This document shows, in pieces, positions 39,283 through 53,240 of a DNA stretch of 64,000 nt. The position numbers and the translations under genes were made by a program. Within the stretch, counting starts at the first letter, position 1. Every line of letters starts with the position of its first letter. Source of the stretch: Eledone cirrhosa (Eukaryota); NCBI GenBank assembly GCA_964016885.1, contig OZ024743.1, positions 220,472,001-220,536,000 of the forward strand, in the 5' to 3' direction. The notes beneath the pieces were generated by a model that saw nothing but the letters and a program-made list of their open reading frames with translations, had not been told where the DNA came from and did no database searches.

Positions 39283-40660
39283 CAACTACCAATAATAAAG
39301 ATAAGTAAAAATGTATAACATATTATCCATTGTCTTTGCAGTGACTTAGGCAAAGCACGAAGTATTGGTTGAGTAAAATATTGATCAACGTATAAACTAT
39401 TACGGATGAATACAGAAACGAAAATATAACGAGATTTTAAACATATAAATGTGTAATAACATAATTATCAGATGGTAATATTTAGTTTTAAAAACATTAA
39501 TCATAAAAAAAACTGATAGACGTTATTGATATAGCCTCTACCAGAAAGAAAATATTTCTTCAAAACTGTGAAAGAATCTGGGAAATTCTTTGTTTAATCG
39601 TTATATCCACTTATAATACAGCAGTATCAAAACGCCATGAATATATTTCAACTGGTATTGAAATATGTGCATAATAGCGATATTTAGAACCAATTGTCTC
39701 CCCTGATTAGAACAGCCCACTGTGGAAGGGAGAGCGTCACCGCTTTTTCGGTAACATGAAGTAGGATTTGAATTTAGAGCTCAAACAGCCGGAAACAAAT
39801 ATTGCGAGGTATCCTGTCCTATGCTTTAATGATTCTGCTAATCCCCCACCCATGGACAGGTTCTTTTGTTATCGACCTCGAAAAGCAAACCTGACCTTAG
39901 CGTGATTTGAACTCAGAGCGCAGAAGGAGTTGACAAATAACGTTGACATTTAATTCGACACTCTAAAGATTGTCGATTCGACGGCTTTTTACTAAGAATT
40001 TATCAACTAAACTTTGAAATGTGTGAAAGTAGGAGAAACGATTGTGACATTTCCGATTCCACGTTTAAGCAGAAGATTCATTAATGGTATAAAAAATACG
40101 TAACTTATTTAGTGGAAAATATTTAATTGTGTAAAAGTGAAATATATTGCTAAAATTTGACTGTTCCGAATTTTATATATGACTACCACGATTTTCTGAA
40201 GCAGTAACACATCTGAGTGTGTGTGTGGACGGGGAGGGGAGCATCAAGATTGGTTTCGACACGACATTCAGGCAACTTGTTTCTTCCTCCATTGCTACCC
40301 GACTCGATCATCAACCTCATGTCCTCTCCTTTCTTTCTACTAACTCGTCCCCCAATTTCTCCTGCTAGTTTTGAACCAAAATCACCTCATCTAAAATATC
40401 ATCAAAATACCTTCCAACTTATCCCTTCATATAACTAGATCAGAGTCGGATCCTAACCATCTTTTTATTCCAGTTAATGGGCCCAGTAACTTCTAAGTGC
40501 ATTCGAACTCTAGATAATATCCCCTCACTGCAGTCGAAGTCAAACCCTAAACACTTCGAGATCGCCACTTATTCTCATACCTTTACGTTTCTATCAGCCC
40601 CAATTTTTTTGCGGGGAAAAAATATGAGGTGTTTAAATCTTCATTATACGTTTGTAATGA

Positions 40661-40912
40661 AGGCGATGGAGTGGCAGAATCGGTAGAGCTTCGGATAAAA
40701 TGCTTTGCGATATTTGTTGCGGCTCTTTAGGTTGAAGTTTCAATTTCCGTCGAGGTTATCTTTGTCCTTCATCCTTCCGGTCTTGATAAAATAAAGTGGC
40801 ACTCAAGTACTGAGATCGTTAAATAAGGTAGCAATCAATGATTGGAAACGATATAATCTATTTTCTCCTTTATCCAAATTGCTTAGCTTGTGCCTAAATT
40901 ATAAACCATTAT
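40661..40912 (+). mobile_element. Degenerate tRNA-derived SINE
   Basis: GGCGATGGAGTGGCAGAATCGGTAGAG...CTTCATCCTTCCGGTCTTGATAAAATAAAG. Confidence 0.7.
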
Positions 40913-41128
40913 TCGTTTGGAATTAATTGTAAAGGTCTGTCAAGTATATACGAGGGTTTCAACCCATAACAAATCATATTTTTAAAATTTCCCTTTAGAC
41001 AAATTAATTTCGTATAATGTTGAACTTAAATCAAATAGTAAAAAGGAATTCTCAACGGAGATTGAAGCACAAACTATAGATTTATTGAAATATATTATTT
41101 TTAACTTTACTGGGATTTAAAAGAATTA

Positions 41129-41427
41129 CCATATATACTCGAATATAATCCGACCCCACTATTTTATGACTGAGAAATGGGTAAACATCCAAAGCTTATT
41201 TCCGTAGAAACTGCAGTTGGCCAAAATCGTCAAAATATTGACCCCGAATATAAGTCGACCCTTCTACCATCGATATTTTGGCCACATATTGCTGGAATTA
41301 TATTTGAGTATATAAGGGAGTTGAATATAAATTTGGTGGAAACTGTGAAAATATTGATCCCGAATATAAGGCGACCCTTCTACCAACGATCCTTTGGCCA
41401 CATATTATTATATTCGAGTATATACGG
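41129..41427. mobile_element. pogo/Tigger-type MITE
   Basis: TIRs CC(A/G)TATATACTCGAATATAA with TA flanks, internal GAATATAAG.CGACCC repeats and an extra TIR-like copy at 41441-41462. Confidence 0.75.
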
Positions 41428-42319
41428 TAATTGAATGGAATTATATTCGAGCATATACTGTAGTTGAATATATATATTTACTTGTTGCACTCAAGTTGAC
41501 AATTATAAATGAATAGTGTTGGTTTAGATTCTCTACCAGCTGCGGAATTTATCTTGTTTTTCACTTGAGTTGAAAGTGATATATTTAAGTCTGCCTTTCT
41601 TTCACTAACATTTTATTTCCATAGTAAATCTTTTGTTTTATTTAACACGGACATAATATAGAGGTAGAGGTTTCTCCGTTCTCCGGCAGAACTTAGTATG
41701 TAGTCAAATTAATTGTTTCTTTTTATTTTACTTAAGTCGTGTCTCTGTCTTTCTCTACAAGGAATAATGTTGTCTCGAGCTATGTGTGTAACTACGGGTG
41801 TCTCTGTGTGTCTATATGTATATACGTCAATGTGAGTATGTATCTATGTATGAGTGTGTGTGTGTATGTATGTGTGTCTACGTGTATGTGTGTGTACGTG
41901 TGTATGAGTGTGTGTGTATGTGTTTGTCTATGTATGTATGTGCGTGTGTTTGTATGTGAGCTTATTTATGTTAGTATGTGTCAATGTGTGTCAATATGTG
42001 TGTCAGTGTATGTGTCTATGCGTGTGTCTGTGTATGTGTCTATGTGTATGTCAGTGTATGTGTCTATGTGTATGTCAGTATATGTGTCTATGTGTATGTC
42101 AGTGTATGTGTCTATGTGTATGTGCCCACGTTAACTTCAAGAGCAGGCTGTTCTCTTCGTCCAACAACTGGTACAGTCGTCGTCCGCCTCGCCAAAGCCC
42201 CAGCAACAACCCATCTGAGTTTGTGTATGTTTGCGTGTGTATAACTCTGTTTGTGGGTCTATCTCGGTGTGTTTGTGTCTAATTATGTCGATGTGTGTGA
42301 CTTAAAATAATAATTTATT

Positions 42320-42528
42320 ATATAGACACAAGGCCAGCAATTTTTGGGGAGGGGAAAGTCGATTAAATCGACCCCAGTGCGTGACTGGTACTTTATTTTA
42401 TCGGCCCCGTAAGGATGAAAGGCAAAGTAAACCTCGGCGGGATGTGAACTCAGATCATAAAGGGGCGTAACTCTATGCTGCAAAGCGTGGCGTCCGACCC
42501 TCTACCGATACTGCCAATCCACCGCCCT
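42320..42528 (-). mobile_element. Young tRNA-derived SINE with 18-bp TSD
   Basis: TGTGTGACTTAAAATAAT at 42294-42311 and 42529-42546. Confidence 0.9.
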
Positions 42529-42629
42529 TGTGTGACTTAAAATAATGGAAACGGTAAAAGAAAACCCATCTTCCACGTACTCCATCTTTTTTCTTGTCGT
42601 CGTTTTCCTCCTCCTCCTCCTCCTCCTCC

Positions 42630-42683
<54 letters not shown>

Positions 42684-42896
42684 CCATCATGGTCACTGTA
42701 TGTGTTGTTGTTTTTGATATTTACATTAATATTATTACAAAGTCGGCGGATTGGCAGAATCGTTAGAGCGTCGGGCAAAATACCTTGTGATATTTACGAC
42801 CGACGACCCTTTAATTTCTGAGTTTTAAGAACACCGAGGGTAACTTTGCATTTTGATCCTCCCGGTGTCGATTAAATAAAGTAACAACCTAATACT

Positions 42897-43184
42897 GGCA
42901 CGTAGCCTAGTGGTAAGGCTGTTGAACTTACGATTGTAATATCGTGGGTTCGATTCCCGGACTGGATTGCGTATTGCGTTCTTAAGCAAAAACACTTCAT
43001 TTCACGTTGCTCCAGTATACTCAGCTGAAAATGAGTACCAGCAATAGCTGGCGATTTAACCGTGCGATGTACTGGCGTCCTGTCCAGGAGGGGAGTCTTG
43101 TACTCTCAGTCGTTTCACGCCATAAAACTGGGATAAGCACCGGCTCAACGCACTGCTTGCAGCGCAGGAGGGCATGCATGCATG
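42897..43184 (+). mobile_element. Second tRNA-SINE family nested inside an older SINE (42740-42896 plus 43192-43260)
   Basis: A box TAGCCTAGTGG, B box GGTTCGATTCC, (GCAT)n tail, TAATACT duplication. A related core occurs at 47810-48060. Confidence 0.85.
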
Positions 43185-43305
43185 TAATACTGGAGTCGAT
43201 TTAATCGACCTTTCCTACTCTTCAAATTCTAATCTTGTGCTTAAATTAGAAATCAGTATTAATACAACATCTATGATGTGCAGTCTGAAATATCACTCAA
43301 AATAA

Positions 43306-43470
43306 TAATTGTTTCTACTTTTGGCACAAGGCCAGCAAATACCCAGTACATTACTGGTACTTTATTTTATCGACCCCGTAAGGATGAAAGGCAAAGTTAA
43401 CCTCGGCGGGATTTGAACTCAGACCGTAAAGGGACGTAACTATGCTAGAAAGCATGGCGTCCAACCCTAA
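43306..43470 (-). mobile_element. 5'-truncated tRNA-derived SINE
   Basis: Family match. Confidence 0.8.
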
Positions 43471-44001
43471 TAATAATGATTTCTTGTAATATAATTACTA
43501 TAATCACCAGTTGTAATGCTCGAATTAGAAAAGCTATTGTTTTATTTGTAGTTCAATGTTCCTTTATTTCGATTTATCTTAAGATTTGTATGCAGACCAC
43601 TTTTAGTATTTTTTTCTTTATTAAGGTCTGTGATTAATGAGTTAGTGTTTCATGTAATTAGATAGTGCAACATTTCCGTTTTTGACTGATGGCCTCAACT
43701 AAAGAAAAAATCATTTTGTCAGCTTTAGAGAAAAGAAACGATTCTGTTACTTCATGATAAATTTCAAGACCACTGAAAGTTATTGGGAAGAAAATGAGAT
43801 ATTCTATTAAACACATACGTAGTAATATAATCCAGCAAAATCAAGAAAGAAGATCAGTAGGGAGAAAAACTGGGGCAGACAGAGGAAAGTGTCAGAATTA
43901 TAAAAATACAAAGGCCCCCCCAAAAAAGGAAACTAGTGCTTTTAGTCAAATGCCTTTACTCAGGAAATATATGTTAGCATATTAGATTGAATAATTTGGT
44001 T

Positions 44002-44059
<58 letters not shown>

Positions 44060-44188
44060 TTTGCTCTACGGTTCTTATATATTTGATATATATTTATCCT
44101 TATCGAGCCCTCTTTGGATTTTAGTCTTCAAATTTATTATTATTACTATATATATATATATATACACACACATATATACACACACACA

Positions 44189-45043
<855 letters not shown>

Positions 45044-45466
45044 GAATCATATTCTTTCTCCTAATTGATTAAAGACTGAATATATAATTATATAATAATG
45101 CTCCAACGAATTCTACTAAATTATTCTAAAGTTGCTTTCAAAGATCATGAAATTCCCATATTATTATGACCTGAATTGTCTTTAAATATAAATCTCATGA
45201 AAAATGTATGAAAATTATGAAGTTGAAGCTGAATTCTTGAGCCTTTAAGAGAAAGCTATTTTTACTTGCGGCAGTTCGAAAAATAGATTATAAATAAGAG
45301 CTGACATTATCGAAAATGCTTGCTGACATTAGGATCAAAAATATAAAAATAACTCAATGATAAGCATGATTTTCTATATTCAGGATTCAGGATTCGGGAT
45401 TAAATTTTGGTTATAAATAAATATTAAATCTATTTTTCGATAAATCCTACATTATTTAATTTCAAA

Positions 45467-45657
45467 GGGCGGTGGATTGGCAGTATCGGTAGAGGGTCGG
45501 ACGCCATGCTTTGACGCATAGAGTTACGGCCCTTGCCAATCTGAGTTCAAATCCTGCCGAGGTTAACTTTGCCTTTCATCCTTACGGGGTTGATAAAATA
45601 AAGTACCAGTAATACACTGGGTAATTGCTGGCCTTGTGCCAAAAGTAGAAACAATTA
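45467..45657 (+). mobile_element. tRNA-derived SINE with ~15-bp TSD
   Basis: ATTATTT(A/G)ATTTCAA flanks. Confidence 0.85.
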
Positions 45658-45749
45658 TTTGATTTCAACCAAACGTAGCATTTCGATTTGAATAAAAACG
45701 AATTGCGGAGGTGTTCTATATTTTGATTGAAGCGTGGTTTATATATACA

Positions 45750-45784
<35 letters not shown>

Positions 45785-45789
<5 letters not shown>

Positions 45790-46700
45790 TGTATATATAG
45801 TGTATTTTGCAATACACTGTATACTTAATTAAAAGCATTTCGAAGAGCTTATGCTATTGTTTTAGAGTAGTGACAGACTCACTTACTTTAATTTTCAGCA
45901 AACAGGGGAGATAAAGCTGACAGGGCCCTGTTTCGCATTTATTGATGCTTCTCAAAGCCAACTACTCCTCCTGTTTGCTGAAATCATGGATGTTTGGTTC
46001 TTATAGAATTCCAGTAAATAATCAGGAACTGATTATACAGAGCGCTTGCCGGTCAAGCAGAAATTGAAAATTAGAATTGGTGCTCTGAAATAGCTATATA
46101 TATGAATGTATATATAGTGTATTTTGCAAACAGGAAGAATGTATATATAGTGTATTCAGCAAACAGGAGGAGTAGTTGGCTTTGATAAGCATCAATAAAT
46201 ACGAAACAGGGCCCTGTCAGCTTTATCTCCCCTGTTTGCTGAAAATTAAAGTAAGTGAGTCTGTCACTACTCTAAAACAATAGCATAAGGTCTTCGAAAT
46301 GCTTTTAATTAAGCATGCAGTGTATTTCAAAATACACTATATAAACATTCATATATATATATAGCTATTTCAGAGCACCAATTCTAATTTTCAATTTCTG
46401 CTTGACCGGCAACCGCTCTGTATAATCAGTTCCTGATTATTTACTGGAATTCTATAAGAACCAAACATCCATGATTTCAGCAAACAGGAGGAGTAGTTGG
46501 CTTTGATAAGCATCAATAAATGCGAAACAGGGCCCTGTCAGCTTTATCTCTCCTGTTTGCTGAAAATTAAAGTAAGTGAGTCTGTCACTACTCTAAAACA
46601 ATAGCATAAGCTCTTCAAAATGCTTTTAATTAAGCATACAGTGTATTGCAAAATACACTATATATACATTCATATATATATAGCTATTTCATAGAACCAA

Positions 46701-46707
<7 letters not shown>
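45785..46707 (+). mobile_element. Retrozyme-like 321-bp non-coding tandem unit (one inverted plus ~1.7 direct copies)
   Basis: Direct period 46157 to 46478, inverted copy 45785-46128, one HHR per unit, (TA)n flanks. Confidence 0.85.
46476..46564 (+). ncRNA. Type I hammerhead ribozyme, U3-A8 core variant, extended stem I
   Basis: TTCAGCAAACAGGAGGAGTAGTTGGCT-TTGATAA-GCAT-CAATAA-ATGC-GAAACAGGGCCCTGTC-AGCTTTATCTCTCCTGTTTGCTGAA, GUC triplet. Copies at 46157-46241 (+) and 45894-45983 (-, TTGAGAA). Confidence 0.8.
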
Positions 46708-46734
<27 letters not shown>

Positions 46735-46740
<6 letters not shown>

Positions 46741-46836
46741 GTCCCCCACAAAATGTCTACACGCTTCAACAGTATTCTAATAAATATCGCCTGTACAAGT
46801 AATCAAAGTACGTATACATTATTTTGGGATACCCTG
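46735..46836. mobile_element. Tiny Tc1/mariner-type MITE
   Basis: AGGGTGTCCC...AAAATGT / ACATTATTTTGGGATACCCTG with TA flanks. Confidence 0.6.
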
Positions 46837-46925
46837 TATATATATATATATATATATAACTTCTACCTAACTCGTCTCATGGACTGAGTGCTCTACCACT
46901 ACGGATATTACCTTCCAGTGTTCTA

Positions 46926-46980
<55 letters not shown>

Positions 46981-47090
46981 AATGAGTTTTTTTTTAAATG
47001 AAAAAAAAAAAAAGATGTCCTACACGAATGAAAGTATAAGGAAAAGAAATCGAAAATGCAGCGGGAGTCTTTTTAAGAATATTTATTTGT

Positions 47091-47134
47091 TTCCTTTACC
47101 GGTTTCACAGTTCTTATGCTTTTCAAAAGTAGAA
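47091..47134 (-). ncRNA. Minimal type I hammerhead ribozyme, U3-A8 core variant
   Basis: TTCTACTT-TTGAAAA-GCA-TAAGAAC-TGT-GAAACCGGTA-AAGGAA, palindromic ACCGGT stem III. Inverted partner at 47183-47229 within fold-back 47045-47275. Confidence 0.65.
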
Positions 47135-47356
47135 TGGAGATGGAGGGCTTGTGGTTTTTCTCGCACAAACGGTCCATCTCAATTCTGCTTTTGAAAAGCA
47201 TAATAACTGTGAAACCGGTAAAAAAGGAAACAAATAAATATTCTTAAAATGACACCAGTTGCATTTTCGATTTCTTCTCACACACACACACATACACACA
47301 GAGACACACACAGAGACACACACACAGACACAGACACACACACAGACACACACACA

Positions 47357-47438
<82 letters not shown>

Positions 47439-47454
47439 TATACATATATATCTA

Positions 47455-47512
<58 letters not shown>

Positions 47513-48063
47513 CACGTATCTATCTATACACGCTAATATTTCTAACAATAAATCTTTGTAGTGATATACCGTAGCACATGCGCAATGATATATCAAAGCT
47601 CCTCGAAAGCAGTCTGGTAACTCCTTACAAGCAGGCGCAAACGGTCATAATGAAATCCACCATTCACCTTTTGAATATATGACACATGATGTCGTAATAA
47701 CAATCACACATAGGTATAGATAGAAAATGGGTAAAAGACAGAGTGGTCATGGCTGGAATGACTCAAATCAAGTTGATTCATGTTGTTACTATTATCCATT
47801 ACATATATACAGACATTTTATTTCATGTTGCTCCAGTTTACTCAGCTGTAGAAATGAGTTGCGACTCACTGGTGCCAAGCTGTATCAGCCTTTGCCTCTC
47901 CCTTGGACACCATTTTTGGCGTGAAAAGGGGAGACTGGTATGTATGGGCGACTGCTGGTCTTCCACAAGCAACCTTGCCTAGACTTGTGCCTCGGAGGGG
48001 TAATCACTAGGTACAAATCACATGGTCATTCGTGACCGAAGGGGATTCTTACCCTTTACTCTT

Positions 48064-48141
48064 TACATACATACGATGCATGCATACATATATATATATA
48101 CATACATGCATACATACATACATGCATGCATACATGCATAC

Positions 48142-48172
<31 letters not shown>

Positions 48173-48667
48173 CATACATACATACATGCATACATATATA
48201 TATATATATATATATACATACATGCATACATACATACATACATGCATACATGCATACTTACATACATACATACATGCATACATATATATATATACATACA
48301 TGCATACATACATGCATACGTACATACATGCATACATACATACTTACATACATACATACATACATGCATAATATATACATACATGCATACATGCATGCAT
48401 ACATACATACATGCATGCATACATGCATACTTACATACATACATACATACATGCATACACATATATATATATATACATACATGCATACATACATGCATAC
48501 ATACATGCATACATACATACTTACATACATACATACATACATACATGCATACATATATATATATATATACATACATGCATAATTGCATGCATACATACAT
48601 ACATGCATGCATACATACATGCATGCATACATATATACATGCATACATACATGTATACATACATACA
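48064..48667. repeat. (TACA)n/(TGCA) compound microsatellite
   Basis: Direct inspection. Confidence 0.95.
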
Positions 48668-49476
48668 TCATCTATTTTATATGTAGTGACACTGGAACCG
48701 CTACTGTAGATATGTTGAGGGTCATTCCACGTAAACTAAAACACAGAGGTTCTGTGTGTATATACGAACGATGTCACCGTAATAGTGTCGAACACCAAAC
48801 ACATCAAGGTGATTGGCGCCACCCAAGGCAGAACTATGCGGGGTTTGTAGTGAAAATTAACCAGGAAAATCGTCGAGAATGCAGCTTGGAACCGGGAGAA
48901 ACGAGGCTATGTCGTTCAACAGCATCGTGGGGCACTGGGTGGACGAACCGGTTGAATTTCTCGGTGTCTGCAAGCGTTCAGATCTCCAGGTGAATAAGAA
49001 ATAGGATGAGGTGAAGAGCAGGGTGTCCAGTCTCACACAGAAATCGGCAGAGAGGAAGCTATCCCTGAAATGTCACGCAGTGGTGGTGAAAGCCTGCATC
49101 GTTCCCTTTCGTGCCTTTCACTGAACGTGCCTTTCACCAGTTCACGTCTGATCGTACGAACGCATGTTCTTTCGCCTTTTGTGAAAGGGACGCGTTCCAC
49201 TGGCCAGGCGATCTGTTTGCAGTTAACATTCGCTGAGCACTTCTTTGACGGACTGCATTCTTGGGACAAACGAACGCCGAGGAGCGAATGGGTAGCTGCT
49301 TTTATGTGAAGGATGGATCCGGCTACCACCTGAGTCCATTGTATAGGTCGCCACACAAATCTCCTTTCGCCAAGCGGTCATAGACTTCAAGTTCCACTTG
49401 AAAAGGAAATTATTATTAGTATTATTTCCCGTCCTCATCATTGTTGTAATAGGAAGAAAAGTACACCTTTCTAAAT

Positions 49477-49480
<4 letters not shown>
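48668..49480 (+). pseudogene. Old, heavily decayed L1-Tx1 ORF2 fragment
   Basis: YVVTLEPLL, DVTVIVS, KINQE..MQLGT.R, VGHWVDEPVEFLGV...DLQV, RKLSLK are collinear with ORF 59640-61067. Confidence 0.75.
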
Positions 49481-49513
<33 letters not shown>

Positions 49514-49569
49514 TTATTTATATATATATATTTATTTTCATTTATATATATATATATATATATAAATTC

Positions 49570-50130
49570 GTTTCTTCGCTTCTTCTTCTTTCCTCTCACG
49601 TAAACACACTTACGCTATATTTGTCCTTATAACTAATATTTTCTCTCACTAAAATATAATCATGCTATACTCTTTCCACTGGCAAAATATATATAAACTT
49701 CTTCTTTTTCTTTTTCTTTTTTCTCTCTCCATCAAAATATCACTTTCTTCCAACGGTTTAATTTAAATATACCGTTATTTAAACTTTTCGGACATCCATT
49801 TGCATACTCAATCATAACCTTATATCACCCTCAATAAATCTAATATCTCCACTATCCAGGAAGCTCCAACCGTTAAGGTTGTCTTTTTTCAGGGTATGTC
49901 AATATTTATTTATAAAACTAATCTGTATTGTATTTTATCTGATGAAAGCGTACCGTAATTTGCCTTGGTGGCCCTTGAAATATGTATAATAAAATAAATA
50001 TGGTTTTATAAATATAGTTTCCATTTGTAAATATATTGTATATTTACTCAAATAAATTGTTGAGTGCTTTATATCAGTTATAAAAATATTTTTAAGCTTG
50101 TTGTATCCCAACAAATTAAATATAATCTCT
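49570..50130 (+). mobile_element. PLE 3' end with HHR (relative of 15341-17391)
   Basis: Homologous to 17150-17391 and 15341-15540. HHR at 49932-49995. Confidence 0.75.
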
Positions 50131-50192
50131 GAATATATATATAAATATATATATATATATATGTATGTATATATGTATACAAAGACACACGT

Positions 50193-50270
<78 letters not shown>

Positions 50271-50589
50271 TATTTAAGTTAATGGATGAAGTTCCTTCAT
50301 GAATAATTGATGTTTAGTATTCTGTGGCTGCTGTTGATGTCTCTCCAGCCCCCCTCCACCTCTCTCCCTCTCTCTCTCACTTTCTTTCTCATTCTCTCTC
50401 TTCCTGCACACACACACACACACAAACGCACACACACACACACACATACACACATATATATGTATATATGTAGTGTATATATATATATATAGACATATAT
50501 ATATGTCTATATATATTTGTGTACATGTGGGTATATATATATATATTTACATTATATATGCACATACATGTATATATATGTATATTTAT

Positions 50590-51222
<633 letters not shown>

Positions 51223-51395
51223 AGCAGAAATAGACTTCTCGCATAAAGCATGGATTCCATAAATTTGACCGTTTTACTGTGACTGCTTAGTTTATCACCC
51301 AGTAAGCCAGTGAAGTGGAAGTAGAAAGGAACCATTATGGTAAATATTCGATACTATTGTAGTTTGGAGTCGGTTGTGTCAGTGATGGTAGCGGT

Positions 51396-53240
51396 GTGGT
51401 GGTGGTGGTGGTGGTGGTGGCGTTGTTGCTAGTAGTGGTGGTGAGGGTGATGGTGTTGGTGGCTGTGGTTATAGTGGTGGTGGTGGTGGCTTTGTTGATA
51501 GTAGTTGTGGTGAGGGTGATGGTGTTGGTGGCTGTGGTTATAGTGGTGGTGGTGGTGGTGGTGGTGGCTTTGTTGATAGTAGTGGTGGTGAGGGTGATGG
51601 TGTTGGTGGCTGTGGTTATAGTGGTGGTGGTGGTGGCGTTGTTGATAGTAGTGGTGGTGGTGATGGTGAGGGTGATGGTGTTGTTGGCTGTGGTTATAGT
51701 GGTGGTGGTGGTGGCGTTGATAGTAGTTGTGGTGGTGATGGTGTCGGTGGCTGTGGTTATAGTGGTGGTGGTGGTGGTGGTGGTGGCTTTGTTGATAGTA
51801 GTGGTGGTGAGGGTGATGGTGTTGGTGGCTGTGGTTATAGTGGTGGTGGTGGTGACGTTGATAGTAGTTGTGGTGGTGATGGCGTTGGTGGCTGTGGTTA
51901 TAGTGGTGGTGGTGGTGGTGGTGTTGTTGTTGATAGTAGTTGTGGTGGTGATGGTGTTGGTGGCTGTGGTTATAGTGGTGGTGGTGGTGGTGGTGTTGTT
52001 GTTGATAGTAGTTGTGGTGGTGATGGTGTTGGTGGCTGTGGTTATAGTGGTTGTGGTGGTGGTGGTGTTGTTGTTGATAGTAGTTGTGGTGGTGATGGTG
52101 TTGGTGGCTGTGGTTATAGTGGTTGTGGTGGTGGTGGTGTTGTTGTTGATAGTAGTTGTGGTGGTGATGGTGTTGGTGGCTGTGGTTATAGTGGTTGTGG
52201 TGGTGGTGGTGTTGTTGTTGATAGTAGTTGTGGTGGTGATGGTGAGGGTGATGGTGTTGGTGGCTGTGGTTATAGTGGTGGTGGTGGTGGTGGTGTTGTT
52301 GTTGATAGTAGTTGTGGTGGTGATGGTGTTGGTGGCTGTGGTTATAGTGGTTGTGGTGGTGGTGGTGTTGTTGTTGATAGTAGTTGTGGTGGTGATGGTG
52401 TTGGTGGCTGTGGTTATAGTGGTGGTGGTGGTGGTGGTGTTGTTGTTGATAGTAGTTGTGGTGGTGATGGTGAGGGTGATGGTGTTGGTGGCTGTGGTTA
52501 TAGTGGTGGTGGTGGTGGCGTTGATAGTAGTTGTGGTGGTGATGGTGAGGGTGGCTGTGGTTATAGTGGTGGTGGTGGTGGTGGTGGCGTTGTTGATAGT
52601 AGTTGTGGTGGTGATGGTGTTGGTGGCTGTGGTTATAGTGGTTGTGGTGGTGGTGGTGTTGTTGATAGTAGTTGTGGTGGTGATGGTGTTGGTGGCTGTG
52701 GTTATAGTGGTTGTGGTGGTGGTGGTGTTGTTGTTGATAGTAGTTGTGGTGGTGATGGTGTTGGTGGCTGTGGTTATAGTGGTGGTGGTGGTGGTGGTGG
52801 CGTTGTTGATAGTAGTGGTGGTGGTGATGGTGAGGGTGATGGTGTTGTTGGCTGTGGTTATAGTGGTTATGGTGGTGATGAGGGTGATGGTGGTGATGGT
52901 AATGGTGGTGATGGTGATGGTGGTGAACGCGATGGTGATGCTTGTGATGATGGTAATGCTGGTGATGGTGATGGTGGTGAGGGTGATGGTGGTGATGTTG
53001 GTGGTGAGGGTGATGGTGGTGATGGTGGTGATGGTGGAGCCAGTGGTAATGGTGATGGTGGTGATGGTGGTGAGGGTGATGGTGGTGATAGTGGTGATGG
53101 TGGAGCCAGTGGTAATGGTGATGGTGGTGATGGTGGTGAGGGTGATGGTGGTGATGGTGGTGATGGTGGAGCCAGTGGTAATGGTGATGATGGTGATGGT
53201 GGAAGCGGTAGCAATGACGTTGTTGTTGGTGGTGGTGGTA
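51396..53240. repeat. GGT-based minisatellite, ~60-75-bp unit (GTGGCTGTGGTTATAGTGG...GATAGTAGTTGTGGTGGTGATGGTGTTG), grading into (GGTGAT)-type repeats
   Basis: About 22 units to 52870, then a second pattern. Confidence 0.9.

Noticed and set aside
42897-42962. tRNA gene
   Set aside because: A and B boxes continue into a SINE body with tail and TSD; the cloverleaf is incomplete.
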